Numbered from the whole stretch's first letter, positions 41,279-52,629 are shown. The stretch: 63,418 bases of DNA, filler included, from a bacterium (GCA_026985515.1; 8 parts of 8 records of this genome joined end to end with filler, not necessarily neighbours in it), one strand, 5' to 3'. The notes: a model not told the origin generated them from the letters alone. Numbers and translations are program-made.

Positions 41279-42994
41279 ATGATGAGTGGTAGAATTATAG
41301 CCGGGTTTCTGATGGGGGGATTACTTCTTGTGTCGTGTTCAACCATCAATGTGAATTTTCTGAATCGAACCTTTAACTCCGGGAATGAAAAAAAAGAGGT
41401 AATCAACACGATTCAGGATACTTCTGAAAACTATCCTTTTGTTGCCACAATAGCAACTGTTAAAAGTGGATTAAATGATATTGAAGAAGATATCGTTTAT
41501 CCTGACGAGGAGGAACTGACCACAGAAGAGGGTTTAAATGAAGAGATTCCGGAGGTAAAAATTTCAGTCCCACTTCCCTTTCCCTATCCACTGAGAAAGA
41601 TAAAGTTTGATTTCCCTGTTACCTACAACACCGAGGTGGAGAGCTGGATAAATTATTTTACGGGTAAGGGCAGGAAACATTTTGAGAAGTGGCTTCACCG
41701 TATGTTTATGTACATTGATTATGTCAAGGGAGAATTCAGAAAGGCGGGGTTGCCCGTTGATCTTGCCTATCTTCCACTGATTGAAAGTGGTTTCAATGTC
41801 AGGGCTGTATCGCCTGCCTGGGCAGTGGGAATGTGGCAGTTTATGGCCACCACTGGAAGGAAGTATGGATTGAAGATAAATTACTGGATAGATGAGAGGA
41901 GGGATCCCTGGAAGTCCACAGAAGCTGCTATAAGATATTTGAAGGATCTCTATTCGATGTTTCACGACTGGTCTCTCTCCATTGCAGCATACAATGCAGG
42001 AGAGGGAAAAATCAAAAGAGCAATAAAGAGATACGGCACAAATGATTTCTGGACATTGAAGAATCACAGATACATCAGACGGGAGACTGCCAATTATGTG
42101 CCAAAGTTTATTGCTGCCCTTTTAATAGCAAAATGTCCAACCTGTTTTGGTTTTAAAATCAGAGATGTGAAGAGTATCGAGGTTGAGAAGGTAAAGCTGC
42201 CATTTCCCGTTGATCTCTATCTTGTTTCCCGGGTTACAGGAGTACCTGTAAAAGATATACTTTTCCTCAATCCTGAATTGAGGCACTGGGTTACTCCCCC
42301 CGATTATCCAGGTTATTTGCTGAAACTCCCGCCCGGCAAGGGGAAGATCCTTATTGCAGAGCTGGAAAAGATGGATAAAAAGTTAATTGCCAGAAGATAC
42401 AGGAAGTACAGAAAATTGCAGAGGGAGAGGGCTTTTATTGTTCACAGGATGAGATGGGGTGAGACTTTATCTCATGTTGCAAGGAGATTCAGGGTTTCAG
42501 TCAGAACTCTCATGAGAGTAAACCACATAAGAAATCCCAGAAGGGTTAGAGCGGGAAGAAAAATACTTGTTCCCATTGTGAGAGGCAGTACCCTGAGGTA
42601 CTACACTGGTGGAAGATACTATGTTCCCGCCAGAAAGAGAAGTTACAGACACAGGAAATACAGAAGGGGAATGACAGGGTACAGAGTCAGGCCGGGGGAT
42701 ACTCTCTGGTCCATCGCGAGGAAATTCGGTGTTACTGTTTCTCTGCTGAAGAGATGGAATAATATCAGGGGAAATTTTATCAGGGTGGGGAGAATCCTCT
42801 ATGTAAAAACTCCTTCATTCAGAAGTTACGCTGGCAATAGCAGAGTCATAAGGTACAGGGTTAAAGAGGGAGATACTCTGTGGGAAATTTCAAGGAGGTT
42901 TGGAGTTTCCATATCCAACATTAAAACAATCAGAAAGAGGTATCCCGGAAATTCTCTCTATCCCGGAGATATACTGCTGATAAAGAAGGATTAG
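41279..42994 (+). CDS. mltD: MltD-like lytic transglycosylase with three LysM domains (lipoprotein)
   Basis: Lipobox [40 protein letters not shown]. LysM repeats [33 protein letters not shown]. Confidence 0.9.
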   Translation: MMSGRIIAGFLMGGLLLVSCSTINVNFLNRTFNSGNEKKEVINTIQDTSENYPFVATIATVKSGLNDIEEDIVYPDEEELTTEEGLNEEIPEVKISVPLPFPYPLRKIKFDFPVTYNTEVESWINYFTGKGRKHFEKWLHRMFMYIDYVKGEFRKAGLPVDLAYLPLIESGFNVRAVSPAWAVGMWQFMATTGRKYGLKINYWIDERRDPWKSTEAAIRYLKDLYSMFHDWSLSIAAYNAGEGKIKRAIKRYGTNDFWTLKNHRYIRRETANYVPKFIAALLIAKCPTCFGFKIRDVKSIEVEKVKLPFPVDLYLVSRVTGVPVKDILFLNPELRHWVTPPDYPGYLLKLPPGKGKILIAELEKMDKKLIARRYRKYRKLQRERAFIVHRMRWGETLSHVARRFRVSVRTLMRVNHIRNPRRVRAGRKILVPIVRGSTLRYYTGGRYYVPARKRSYRHRKYRRGMTGYRVRPGDTLWSIARKFGVTVSLLKRWNNIRGNFIRVGRILYVKTPSFRSYAGNSRVIRYRVKEGDTLWEISRRFGVSISNIKTIRKRYPGNSLYPGDILLIKKD

Positions 42995-43386
42995 CCTTCT
43001 ATAATTTTGACATACACCTTTCTTCTGCGGGGACCATCAAATTCACAGAAAAATATACCCTGCCAGGTTCCCAGGATCAGCTCTCCATTCTCAATGATCA
43101 CATTGATGGAGGAACCCACAATTGTTGATTTTATGTGTGAATCGGCGTTTCCCTCCATGTGGAGATAACCTTTTCCAGCTGGTACGAGTCTTGAAAGGGT
43201 ATTTTCAATATCTTTTGCCACAGAGGGATCTGCGTTTTCATTAATCGTTATGCCTGCCGTTGTGTGTGGCACATATACAACCACTATTCCATCTCTGACA
43301 TTGCTCTCCTTTACAACCCTCCTGATATGTGAGGTTATGTCAATCATTTCAATTCTCTTTGAGGTGGAGATTTCAATAACCTTCAT
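42991..43386 (-). CDS. yjbQ: YjbQ (UPF0047) family protein
   Basis: [38 protein letters not shown]. Confidence 0.93.
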   Translation of the reverse strand: MKVIEISTSKRIEMIDITSHIRRVVKESNVRDGIVVVYVPHTTAGITINENADPSVAKDIENTLSRLVPAGKGYLHMEGNADSHIKSTIVGSSINVIIENGELILGTWQGIFFCEFDGPRRRKVYVKIIEG

Positions 43387-44708
43387 TCTTTTCCTCCTTC
43401 AATACCCACTATGAAGTCTCTGATATTATCGGGAAACTGGAAGGTGCCATAAACTGCATCGATGGTTGTATCAATTACAACAATCATGTTATCTTCCGAT
43501 TTAACAAAGATGTAATCAAACCCCTTCATGCTTCTGATCATTGTGGGTGAGCTCACCAATTTACTGTATTCGCTATTCAAAATAGAACTGATTGCACCTG
43601 TTTCAAGTGTTATCTTCTCAACAGTTGAAGATACAGGATCTGAAAAGAGTATTTCACCGGTTACAGGGGATGGAGCGAATCCATTTGCAATTTTTCCATC
43701 AATTCTCCACGAATAGAGATTTGAGGGATCAGTTACAGGAATTTTAAAAATAATCGGTGTTTCTTCATTCCATCCTGTGAGGAGAAAATTGTTACCTCCT
43801 TCGGGGAAAATATCATAAATCTTTATGAAGGGAAGGGGATAAGAGTTTTCCGGAGAAAAGGATTTATCGTAAAAGATCATTTCTCCGTTCTGCACATCAA
43901 ATACAGGCTTTGTGAAAACCACAAAGTCAGAGGTGGTTGAAGAGTAGAATATCCTGAATGGACGACCGAAGGGCATTTCTCCTAGGAGGGAGGTCGTTTT
44001 TGAGGGAGTGAGGGTTGAAGGTGAGAGTTCGATAACACTTCTGTTCATGAAATCAAGTAGATAGTAATTGTTCCCCTTTTGAATAGCATCAATAACTGGA
44101 CCTGAAACTTCCACAGGAGATGATACAAAACTTGAATAGTTTTTGTTGAGAAAGAGGAAGTACTTTGTGGTACCATTTTTTTCAATCCAGCCAGAGAGAA
44201 AAAAATTGTTACTGTTTTTTACGGGGATGAGGAGATCTCCGTTTAATTTTTCATTTCCCACCCTGAAGGTGAAGATACGGGTGGTATCAATGTAAAATCC
44301 CTTTTCAGGATCTCCTTTTATGGCGTTTACTTCTCCATTGTCTAAAAGCACCCATACAATTGCAGGTACTTTTATGGGGGCAAAGTGAAGCACCGTAAAT
44401 GTTACATTATCAATGCTTTTCTTTCCATTAACTTCAACCACAACTCTTCCGCTTTTTGCATTCTCAGGGACAGAGGCAATGATTTTTGAGTCACTCCAGA
44501 AAAGAATATTTTTTACAGGTGTGGTAACTCCTCCGAAGTAAAGGGCCACTTTATCTTCATGAAAATTCCCAAAACGTGTACCCTGAATGGTAACCTGCGT
44601 TCCAACAGGACCCCTGTCAGGGGTGATTGAGTATATACGCGGTAATTGCAGTATCTCACACGCTGAGGCAAAAAATAGAAGAAAAAGGAAACCAGCAATT
44701 TTCTTCAT
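43383..44708 (-). CDS. Lipoprotein with IPT/TIG domain and probable beta-propeller
   Basis: Lipobox [27 protein letters not shown]...WSDSKI...VP. Confidence 0.75.
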   Translation of the reverse strand: MKKIAGFLFLLFFASACEILQLPRIYSITPDRGPVGTQVTIQGTRFGNFHEDKVALYFGGVTTPVKNILFWSDSKIIASVPENAKSGRVVVEVNGKKSIDNVTFTVLHFAPIKVPAIVWVLLDNGEVNAIKGDPEKGFYIDTTRIFTFRVGNEKLNGDLLIPVKNSNNFFLSGWIEKNGTTKYFLFLNKNYSSFVSSPVEVSGPVIDAIQKGNNYYLLDFMNRSVIELSPSTLTPSKTTSLLGEMPFGRPFRIFYSSTTSDFVVFTKPVFDVQNGEMIFYDKSFSPENSYPLPFIKIYDIFPEGGNNFLLTGWNEETPIIFKIPVTDPSNLYSWRIDGKIANGFAPSPVTGEILFSDPVSSTVEKITLETGAISSILNSEYSKLVSSPTMIRSMKGFDYIFVKSEDNMIVVIDTTIDAVYGTFQFPDNIRDFIVGIEGGKE

Positions 44709-44779
44709 AAGCCCCTCCTTTCAAATCCCCCCTTTTGAAGTAATTATATATCAGTTGGGTTTTGAAAGCAAAAGAGGTA

Positions 44780-45931
44780 TTAAATTACGCCCTTTTTTTT
44801 GAGAGATTCCAGTTCATCTAGTCCAAGTTCTTTGAGGATCTTCTCCGTGTCTCTTCCGATGTCTGGTGCCTCGCCAATTTCATCCTTTCTGAGATTCCTG
44901 ACAGGAAATTTGAGAAATCCTCTGCCATTCTCATCTTTCCCTATAACTTCATTTTCTCTAATGAGGGGGCTTTTCAGAAGGTTTTCAAAATCATTGACTG
45001 CCTCACAGCAGAAATCATACTCCTCATTCAGCTTTTCCCATTCCTCAACTGTTTTTGATTTAAATATCTTTTCCAGTTCTTCCCTTACTTTTTCCCCCTC
45101 CTTCCCTGTTGCAAAGGCTTTATCCAGTAGATCTTCTCTTCCCACGGCTCTGCAGAAATTCTGCCAGAACTTGGGTTCAAGAGCGGCAAGGGAGACATAC
45201 CCATCTTTTGCTCTGTATATTCTGTAGCATGGGTAAAGTCCATTGAGAGTGTATCCCTCGGGTCCGGGAGATTTACCTGAGGCAATAAATTCCGCAAATC
45301 CCATTACTGTAAAAGGGATACTCCCGTGGGTCATGGATATATCAAGAAATTTGCCTCTTCCTGTGGTGCTCCTCTCAATCAGCGCAGCGAGAACGGATAT
45401 GAGTGTCATATAGGCTCCGCCCCCTATATCTGCCACCTGAATGCCCAGATGAAGGGGACCCGTTTCTCTTGTCCCGTTAAGAGAGGCGATCCCGTTGATT
45501 GATACATAATTCAGATCATGCCCGGCTCTCTTGAGATATGGAGTTTCTCCATATCCATATCCAGTTACAGCTGCATAAATCAATGAGGGGTTTATCTCTG
45601 AAAGTGTTTCATAGCCCAGATCAAGAGAATCCATCACTCCAGGTCTGAAACTTTCCACAAGAACATCTGCTTTTTCAACAAGTTTTTTAAAAATTTCCCT
45701 TCCCTCTTCTTTCTTCAGATTCAGGGTTAAACTCTCTTTTCCCCTGTTGAGAATGTAAAAAAAGGAGCTGTATTTTCCGGTGAGTGGAGGTGTCCATCTT
45801 ATGTAATCTCCCCCTGATGGGTCTTCGATTTTTATTACCCTTGCTCCCATCTGTGCCATAAAAAGGGTGGCAAGGGGAGCAGGTAATAATCTGGAAAGGT
45901 CAAGTACAGTGATACCTTCAAGGGGAAGCAT
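44780..45931 (-). CDS. CaiB/BaiF family III CoA transferase (alpha-methylacyl-CoA racemase-like)
   Basis: PLEGITVLDLSRLLP, NRGKES, ESFRPGV, GHDLNY, QVADIGGG. Confidence 0.93.
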   Translation of the reverse strand: MLPLEGITVLDLSRLLPAPLATLFMAQMGARVIKIEDPSGGDYIRWTPPLTGKYSSFFYILNRGKESLTLNLKKEEGREIFKKLVEKADVLVESFRPGVMDSLDLGYETLSEINPSLIYAAVTGYGYGETPYLKRAGHDLNYVSINGIASLNGTRETGPLHLGIQVADIGGGAYMTLISVLAALIERSTTGRGKFLDISMTHGSIPFTVMGFAEFIASGKSPGPEGYTLNGLYPCYRIYRAKDGYVSLAALEPKFWQNFCRAVGREDLLDKAFATGKEGEKVREELEKIFKSKTVEEWEKLNEEYDFCCEAVNDFENLLKSPLIRENEVIGKDENGRGFLKFPVRNLRKDEIGEAPDIGRDTEKILKELGLDELESLKKKGVI

Positions 45932-46064
45932 TATTTTCCTTTAAATTGTGGTTTTCTTTTTTCAATTTTTGCCATCATTCCTTCGAAAACATCCTGACTG
46001 GGAAGAATGGTGCTTGAGATCCTCGCCTCTACTTCAAGTTCTCTATCAATTTCAGGGATAAGGG
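45931..46064 (-). CDS. C-terminal fragment of an enoyl-CoA hydratase
   Basis: Hand translation LIPEIDRELEVEARISSTILPSQDVFEGMMAKIEKRKPQFKGK*, a crotonase C-terminus. TAATG overlap with the CaiB gene. Confidence 0.8.
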
Positions 46065-46164
46065 NNNNNNNNNNNNNNNNNNNNNNNNNNNNNNNNNNNN
46101 NNNNNNNNTTAATTAATTAANNNNNNNNNNNNNNNNNNNNNNNNNNNNNNNNNNNNNNNNNNNN
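46065..46164. other. Artificial contig spacer
   Basis: N44-TTAATTAATTAA-N44. Confidence 0.97.
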
Positions 46165-46289
46165 CCCTGATGGGAATAAACCTTGGAACCTCCGCGCACG
46201 AAATTCATCCCTACCTTGAATACTCTGAAGGAAATCCTTTTCTGGAATTGACAGATACTTACGGGATGGGGATCAGGATCTATCCCTGA
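46165..46289 (+). CDS. C-terminal fragment of an unknown protein
   Basis: Open frame [40 protein letters not shown], convergent with nrdR. Confidence 0.4.
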
Positions 46290-46771
46290 TCCTCTCCCTC
46301 CCCCTCATTTTCAAATTCACCCGTGTCATCCAGACTTGAGATCACCTCTGTGAATTCTCCAACATCCTTGAATTCCCTGTAAACCGATGCAAATCTTACA
46401 TAAGCCACCTTATCAAGTTTTTTGAGCGCCTTCATCACCATCTCACCTATCACCTTGCTCTCAATCTCTCTTGCACTGTTATTCAACAGCTCCCTTTCAA
46501 TTTCATCAACTATTGCTTCAAGCCTCTCAACTGATATGGGTCTCTTCTCACACGCCTTTTTTAATCCGGTAAGAATTTTATCTCTGTTAAAGGGTTCCCT
46601 TCGTCCATCTTTCTTTATGACATAGGGCAGTCCCTCCTCAACCCTCTCGTATGTTGTAAATCTCTTGCCACACCTCACACACTCTCTTCTTCTTCTGATA
46701 ACACTCCCGCCCATTATTGCCCTTGAATCCTTGACCACCGTCTCGGGGTAACCGCAGAATGGACATCTCAT
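46280..46771 (-). CDS. nrdR: Transcriptional repressor NrdR
   Basis: [25 protein letters not shown]-cone, [12 protein letters not shown]. Confidence 0.97.
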   Translation of the reverse strand: MRCPFCGYPETVVKDSRAIMGGSVIRRRRECVRCGKRFTTYERVEEGLPYVIKKDGRREPFNRDKILTGLKKACEKRPISVERLEAIVDEIERELLNNSAREIESKVIGEMVMKALKKLDKVAYVRFASVYREFKDVGEFTEVISSLDDTGEFENEGEGEDQG

Positions 46772-47328
46772 CCTGAAGTCTCCCTGAGCAGCCTTCTTAT
46801 CAGTTCATGGTCAAGGGCTGTTTCCTCAATGAAATTTATTATCTTCTCAACCCTTTCAGATGAAGGTTTATACTGTATCACTTCTATTCCCGCCTCTTCA
46901 AGCATCTCATCTGCAAGCTGTGTGGTTATATCCTCTGCGGCATAATCACGGTAGTAGATTATTCTTTTTATCCCCGCATTTATTATCATTTTGGTGCAAA
47001 TTATACAGGGTTTGTTTGTAACATAAATGTCAGCACCTGCAATTCTAACTCCGTGATACGCAGCCTGAATAATGGCATTCTGCTCCGCATGAAGTCCCCT
47101 GCAGAGTTCATGCCTCTCCCCCGATGGAACCTTCAACTTCTCCCTTATGCAGCCCACTTCAGCTGCGTGCCTTATTCCTCTCGGCTGTCCATTGTAACCG
47201 GTGGCAAGGACCATCCTGTCCTTCACAATAACAGCACCCACCTGCCTCCTCAGACAGGTTGATCTCTGAGCAGCTATCACTGCAAATAGCATAAAATAAT
47301 CATCCCAGGAGATCCGGTAATCCTTCAT
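46768..47328 (-). CDS. dCMP deaminase (ComEB-like)
   Basis: [35 protein letters not shown]. Confidence 0.93.
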   Translation of the reverse strand: MKDYRISWDDYFMLFAVIAAQRSTCLRRQVGAVIVKDRMVLATGYNGQPRGIRHAAEVGCIREKLKVPSGERHELCRGLHAEQNAIIQAAYHGVRIAGADIYVTNKPCIICTKMIINAGIKRIIYYRDYAAEDITTQLADEMLEEAGIEVIQYKPSSERVEKIINFIEETALDHELIRRLLRETSG

Positions 47329-48587
47329 AACTGCTCAATAACCTCCCTGTAAATGGGAAACTCCTCACACAGAGCTTTAACCTTTTCGCCAACCTTCCTG
47401 ATCTTTTCTTCATCATTTATATTTGTAAGCACCTCATCAATGTAATCCGCTATCAATCTCATCTCTTCTTCTTTCATACCCCTTGTCGTAACTGCAGGAG
47501 TACCAATTCTTATGCCACTGGGGTCAAAGGGGCTCCTCGTTTCAAAGGGAATGGTGTTTTTGTTCACCGTTATGTTCGCCATACCCAGAGCCTCTTCAGC
47601 CTGCTTCCCTGTTATACCTTTATTCGTGAGATCAACCAGCATCAGGTGATTGTCGGTTCCACCTGATACAAGCCTGTATCCCTTTTCCATCAGTCTTTCT
47701 GCGAGAGCCTTCGCATTTTTCACAATCTGTTCCTGATACTTCCTGAATTCCTCTGTCATCGCTTCCTTAAATGCGACGGCCTTTGCAGCAATTACATGCA
47801 TCATTGGTCCACCCTGTGTGCCTGGAAAAACTCTGCTGTTTATCTTCTTTTCATACTCCTTCTTTCCCATTATCATTCCACCCCTCGGTCCCCTGAGGGT
47901 TTTATGGGTGGTGGTGGTAACATACTCAGCAACCGGAACCGGAGAGGGATGCACCCCTGCTGCAACGAGACCAGCTATGTGGGCAATGTCCACAAGAAGT
48001 CTGGCCCCCACCTCATCTGCAATCTCCCTGAATTTCTGGAAATCAATTATTCTGGGATAGGCACTGGCACCCACTACGATCAACTTTGGTCTGTGTCTCT
48101 TTGCAAGGCTCCTTACCTGATCAAAATCTATGGTTTCAGTTTCTCTATCAACACCATAGTGAACCACTTTAAAATAGAGGCCAGAAAAGTTCACAGGACT
48201 TCCATGGGAAAGATGACCTCCGTGGGAGAGATCCATACCCATGATCGTATCACAGGGCTGCAACTCTGCAAGATAAACTGCCATGTTTGCCTGTGTACCT
48301 GAGTGGGGCTGCACATTCGCAAATTCAGCGCCAAAAAGTTGTTTTGCCCTTTCAATAGCAAGATTCTCCACAACATCCACATACTCGCAACCACCATAGT
48401 ATCTCCTGCCAGGGTAACCCTCTGCATACTTGTTGCTCATCACCTGCCCCATTGTAACAAGTACACGCCAGCTCGCATGATTCTCAGAAGCAATGAGCTC
48501 AAGGTTGTTTTCCTGTCGGAGAAACTCATTTTTTATTGCCTCATAAACTTCCGGATCAAAGCTTTTCAGATCTGCAAAAATCGCCAC
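47325..48587 (-). CDS. glyA: Serine hydroxymethyltransferase
   Basis: [44 protein letters not shown]. Confidence 0.98.
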   Translation of the reverse strand: MAIFADLKSFDPEVYEAIKNEFLRQENNLELIASENHASWRVLVTMGQVMSNKYAEGYPGRRYYGGCEYVDVVENLAIERAKQLFGAEFANVQPHSGTQANMAVYLAELQPCDTIMGMDLSHGGHLSHGSPVNFSGLYFKVVHYGVDRETETIDFDQVRSLAKRHRPKLIVVGASAYPRIIDFQKFREIADEVGARLLVDIAHIAGLVAAGVHPSPVPVAEYVTTTTHKTLRGPRGGMIMGKKEYEKKINSRVFPGTQGGPMMHVIAAKAVAFKEAMTEEFRKYQEQIVKNAKALAERLMEKGYRLVSGGTDNHLMLVDLTNKGITGKQAEEALGMANITVNKNTIPFETRSPFDPSGIRIGTPAVTTRGMKEEEMRLIADYIDEVLTNINDEEKIRKVGEKVKALCEEFPIYREVIEQL

Positions 48588-48588
48588 C

Positions 48589-49047
48589 TTACACTCCTTT
48601 CTCTAATTTTCCCTCTTCTATTCTGGAAATGAGATTCACCCTTCTCTGGTGCCTCCCACCATCAAAGGGGGTTGTAAGCCATATTTTTACCAGCCTCTTC
48701 CCTATTTCAGGGGTGATAACCCTGCCTCCCATCGCGAGAACATTGGCATTATTGTGCCTTGCAGCCATTTCCGCCATGTACTCATTGGTAACCAGAGCAG
48801 CCCTTATTCCCTTCACCTTATTTGCAGATATGCTGATACCAATCCCCGTACCACACATAACTATTCCGCGATCCACCTCTCCATCGGCAACCAACTTTGC
48901 CACCCTGTATCCATACTCGGGATAATCCACCGATTCCTCCGAGTATGTACCGACATCCACCACTTCATAACCTTCCTCTTCAAGAAACTTTTTGATGGCC
49001 TCTTTAAGGAAGAATCCACCATGATCAGCACCTACGGCAATCTTCAT
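48589..49047 (-). CDS. rpiB: Ribose-5-phosphate isomerase B
   Basis: [35 protein letters not shown]. Confidence 0.96.
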   Translation of the reverse strand: MKIAVGADHGGFFLKEAIKKFLEEEGYEVVDVGTYSEESVDYPEYGYRVAKLVADGEVDRGIVMCGTGIGISISANKVKGIRAALVTNEYMAEMAARHNNANVLAMGGRVITPEIGKRLVKIWLTTPFDGGRHQRRVNLISRIEEGKLEKGV

Positions 49048-49059
49048 GGACAATCTCCA

Positions 49060-49293
49060 TTATAATTTTGCCCTGAGATACTCCACAACATCCCGTACGG
49101 TCTGGATCTTTTCCGCATCCTCTTCCGGTATCTCAATACCAAACTCATCATCAATTCTCATTATCATGCTCACAATACTGAGTGAATCAGCACCAAGATC
49201 CTCCACAAATGAGGAATCAAGGGTCACCTGTTCAGGGTTTAAACCAAGCTCATCTGCAACCAGCTCAATCACTTTTTTCTCAAGTTCATCCAT
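49060..49293 (-). CDS. acpP: Acyl carrier protein (divergent helix II)
   Basis: EDLGADSL attachment motif, [15 protein letters not shown], downstream of fabG. Confidence 0.92.
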   Translation of the reverse strand: MDELEKKVIELVADELGLNPEQVTLDSSFVEDLGADSLSIVSMIMRIDDEFGIEIPEEDAEKIQTVRDVVEYLRAKL

Positions 49294-49309
49294 TTTTCAG
49301 CCTCCTTTC

Positions 49310-50047
49310 TTAGGTATATAATCCACCGTTAATTCTTATAACTTCACCAGTTATGTAACGGCTCATATCTGAAAGCAAAAAGACCACCAGATCAGCCACC
49401 TCTTCGGGGGTCCCGAACCGTCCCATGGGGATCAATTTTAAGATCTCGCTTTTCAACTCCTCCGGGAGTGCATCTGTCATTTCAGTCGTAATATACCCTG
49501 GAGAAACAGCATTAACCCTTATATTTCTGGGGGCAAGTTCCCTTGCCATGGCTTTGGTAAAACCTATTATTCCTCCCTTTGAAGCCGCATAAACACTCTG
49601 TCCCGGATTGCCCATCTCTCCTACAACGGATGTTATATTGACTATGCTACCACCCTCTTTCATCATCCCCCTTACCGCATACTTTGTACAGAAAATTGTA
49701 CCCATCAAATTTATTCTGAGCAATTCCTCAATTTTTTCACCGCTGGTAACCGGTAGAAGAGAATTCAGAGTAATACCTGCATTGTTCACAAGGCCGTCAA
49801 CTCTTCCTTCTTTTTTTATGATCTCCTTCAAATTTGCAGCGACCTCCATCTCATCTGCCACATCAAATTGTACTACCTCAGCCGCTCCCCCTTTTGAAAT
49901 TATCTCATCACGAACTCTGATCGCTCTCTCCTCAGATTTTCTGAAATTTATGTAAACCTTTGCCCCAAGCTCTGCCGCTCTCCTGACAACAGCAGCCCCA
50001 ATTCCCCTTGATCCACCAGTTACAACAATGATTTTCCCCTCAAGCAA
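49310..50047 (-). CDS. fabG: 3-oxoacyl-ACP reductase
   Basis: TGGSRGIG, NNAGIT, GNPGQSVYAASKGG, PGYITTEMT, between fabD and acpP. Confidence 0.9.
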   Translation of the reverse strand: MLEGKIIVVTGGSRGIGAAVVRRAAELGAKVYINFRKSEERAIRVRDEIISKGGAAEVVQFDVADEMEVAANLKEIIKKEGRVDGLVNNAGITLNSLLPVTSGEKIEELLRINLMGTIFCTKYAVRGMMKEGGSIVNITSVVGEMGNPGQSVYAASKGGIIGFTKAMARELAPRNIRVNAVSPGYITTEMTDALPEELKSEILKLIPMGRFGTPEEVADLVVFLLSDMSRYITGEVIRINGGLYT

Positions 50048-50048
50048 A

Positions 50049-50151
50049 TCAATCCTCCAGCGTTTTCAAATAGTCGGACAATCCATCTATCTGCTCAACC
50101 TTCGCCACATTGTAGAGTTTTGCCTCAGGGTAGATGCTTCTGATCAGACCC
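50049..50151 (-). CDS. fabD: Malonyl-CoA:ACP transacylase, C-terminal fragment
   Basis: GLIRSIYPEAKLYNVAKVEQIDGLSDYLKTLED*, immediately upstream of fabG. Resembles the FabD C-terminus; the call rests mostly on synteny. Confidence 0.6.
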
Positions 50152-50251
50152 NNNNNNNNNNNNNNNNNNNNNNNNNNNNNNNNNNNNNNNNNNNNTTAAT
50201 TAATTAANNNNNNNNNNNNNNNNNNNNNNNNNNNNNNNNNNNNNNNNNNNN
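50152..50251. other. Artificial contig spacer
   Basis: N44-TTAATTAATTAA-N44. Confidence 0.97.
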
Positions 50252-50312
50252 AAGAGCTATCCAGATTCTTTTCATTGCAGATTTATTTTACATCAAAACA
50301 AATTCTCCACAA

Positions 50313-51455
50313 CTACAGGATTCTTCTGCTTATTATTTCCTTCATAATTTCTGTTGTACCTGCATAAATTGTCTGAACCCTCGCATCAAGAAAAGCTTTG
50401 CTTATTGGATACTCAAGAGTGTAACCGTAACCTCCATGAAACTGTACCCCCCAGTCAACAACCCTTTTTAACATCTCTGTCGTCCACCATTTGGCCATAC
50501 TTGTTTCAACCACAACATCCTCACCCTTCATATGTTCCCTTATTAATCTATCCACAAACTCCCTTCCCAGAGCAATCTCCGTGGCAAGTTCTGCCATCTT
50601 GAAGCGGATATACTGGAATTTTTTCAGAGGCCTGCCAAAGGCGTGTCTTTCATTCAGATACTGCTTCGTAATTTCAAAAGCCTTTTCCGCAGCTGCCACA
50701 GCACCTATTGCAACAACGAGTCTCTCCTGCTGGAGTTCTTTCATCAGATAATAAAAACCAGCCCCTTCTTCACCAAGAAGATTCTCAACGGGAACCTTAA
50801 CATCCTCAAAAATCAACTCAGCTGTATCCTGTGCCCACATACCCATTTTGGGAATTTTCCTGCCCCTTTTAAAACCCTCCATACCCCTTTCCACAACAAG
50901 GAGAGAAACCCCGGTATATGGTGGATCTGCATCGGGATTGGTTTTTGCAGCAACAACCACAACATCAGCAAGGAGTCCATTGGTTATGAACATCTTGGTA
51001 CCATTTAGAATGTAATAATCTCCATCTCTGATGGCAGTTGTTTTTATTCTCTGCAGATCAGAACCTGCATCTGGTTCTGTCATGGCAACGGCAAATATCT
51101 TTTCTCCCCTGGCAGCTGGAGGAAGCCACCTTTTTTTCTGCTCCTCATTCCCGAAATAGTAGATATATGGTGCAACCACATCATTGTGCAAAGCAATCGC
51201 AAAGCCAGATTCCATTGCATAGGCAAGTTCTTCAATTATCACAACTGAGTAGAGAAAATCAGCCCCCATACCACCATACTCCTCAGGTATCCATGGAAGA
51301 AGAAAGCCAGCTTCACCCGCCTTCTTCCACACTTCCCTTGAGACCATACCCTGTTTCTCCCATTCTTCCCTGTGAGGAATCACCTCTTTTTCAAGAAATT
51401 TTCTGAAAGCATCTCTGAATATTTCATGCTCCTGAGAAAAAAGTTCCCGCTTCAC
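50313..51455 (-). CDS. Acyl-CoA dehydrogenase (long-chain, LCAD-like)
   Basis: [61 protein letters not shown] start after GGAGG. Confidence 0.95.
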   Translation of the reverse strand: MKRELFSQEHEIFRDAFRKFLEKEVIPHREEWEKQGMVSREVWKKAGEAGFLLPWIPEEYGGMGADFLYSVVIIEELAYAMESGFAIALHNDVVAPYIYYFGNEEQKKRWLPPAARGEKIFAVAMTEPDAGSDLQRIKTTAIRDGDYYILNGTKMFITNGLLADVVVVAAKTNPDADPPYTGVSLLVVERGMEGFKRGRKIPKMGMWAQDTAELIFEDVKVPVENLLGEEGAGFYYLMKELQQERLVVAIGAVAAAEKAFEITKQYLNERHAFGRPLKKFQYIRFKMAELATEIALGREFVDRLIREHMKGEDVVVETSMAKWWTTEMLKRVVDWGVQFHGGYGYTLEYPISKAFLDARVQTIYAGTTEIMKEIISRRIL

Positions 51456-51488
51456 AGCCACCTCCTTTTTTGAATAACAATAACTGAA

Positions 51489-51506
51489 ATTGACATGAAT
51501 GTCAAT
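51489..51506. promoter_or_regulatory. Palindromic operator
   Basis: Perfect inverted repeat ATTGACAT-GA-ATGTCAAT about 35 bp upstream of the acyl-CoA dehydrogenase start. Confidence 0.65.
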
Positions 51507-51615
51507 ATTGCTCTCCCACTTTAATTTTTCCCCGAAAATTTTTAAAGTCAAGTTTAATAATTTTCGGGTTAAAATTTAAAACTTCAGAGCAGGGGCAAGG
51601 GTCGTTTTTTCCGGT

Positions 51616-52515
51616 TTATTGAGAAATCCTGTTGAGATAATCAATCCCTTTCTCCACCTCTTCAGGATGGGTTATGGGTATCATATGACCTGCATTCTTC
51701 AATATCTTTAACTTTGAGTCTCTTATTACCCGGTGAAGTCTCAGAGAATGTTGATATGGAATCAGCCTGTCGTGATCTCCGTGAAGGATGAAAACAGGTT
51801 TCGATATATTGTGATAGAATGGAATTTGTCGTTTGAGGTCACGCATTGCGTGAATATGTTCCCTGGCAATGGTCATAAGGACAGACTTTTTAAGCCAAAT
51901 TTCTTCCCTCGACTTTATGAAGTCTTCTGTTAGAAAATTTTCCTCAGGGGAAAAAGCCTTCTCAAGTCCTTTTTCAACAAAATACCTCCCTCCAAGAGAA
52001 ACTATTGGATTGAAAAAAAGCTTGCCCAGTGGTGACAGTAGAAAGACAAAGATTCTGTCGTCTGATTTTAACTCGTATGAGAGGGGTGCTACAAGAAGAT
52101 AGGCAGAAACCTCCGGAGGATCAGCCACTGCCATACCAAGAGCTATGGCACCTCCGTAAGAATGACCTGCAAGTATAAGATTTTTCAGACCAAGTGCTTT
52201 TATCAGGGCATAAATAATGGTAATATTCTGCTCCAGCGATCCATCAAGACCCTCTCCCGTACTGAAACCATGTCCAGGTCTATCAATAACAGTCACCCTG
52301 TAATGCTTTTCAAGCAGATTCACAACAGGCATCCAGTCTTCAATGATACCTGGCAAACCATGAATCAGAAGAACATCTCTCCCCTCTCCTGTCTGGTAGT
52401 ACCTTATCCTGACATTTCCCACTGAGAGGTACTTACCACTTACAAAAGGAGAACCTCCAAAAAGGAACTGGATGGATATAAAGAAAACTGAAACCATAAG
52501 AAAAATTTTTCTCAT
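51616..52515 (-). CDS. Secreted alpha/beta hydrolase
   Basis: Signal peptide, LIHG, DRPGHGFS, GHSYGG nucleophile elbow, HGDHD, AGHM. Confidence 0.9.
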   Translation of the reverse strand: MRKIFLMVSVFFISIQFLFGGSPFVSGKYLSVGNVRIRYYQTGEGRDVLLIHGLPGIIEDWMPVVNLLEKHYRVTVIDRPGHGFSTGEGLDGSLEQNITIIYALIKALGLKNLILAGHSYGGAIALGMAVADPPEVSAYLLVAPLSYELKSDDRIFVFLLSPLGKLFFNPIVSLGGRYFVEKGLEKAFSPEENFLTEDFIKSREEIWLKKSVLMTIAREHIHAMRDLKRQIPFYHNISKPVFILHGDHDRLIPYQHSLRLHRVIRDSKLKILKNAGHMIPITHPEEVEKGIDYLNRISQ

Positions 52516-52629
52516 TTTTATACCTCCCTTTGAAAATAATTTAGCACTATTTCTGGAAAATGGAAAGCTATCCCCCTCCTTTTAATTCACCCAACTATCT
52601 GTTATAATTATAAAAAATGGAGGAGATGG

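Noticed and set aside
46768-47328. Anti-phage dCTP deaminase
   Set aside because: It is a single-domain dCMP deaminase in the usual glyA-nrdR housekeeping context, with no kinase-like domain.
50313-51551. ORF-track N-terminal extensions (also at 1848, 6111, 24402, 24998 and 61438)
   Set aside because: RBS positions, gene overlaps and signal peptides favour downstream starts, and the extensions run through promoter or operator DNA or upstream genes.
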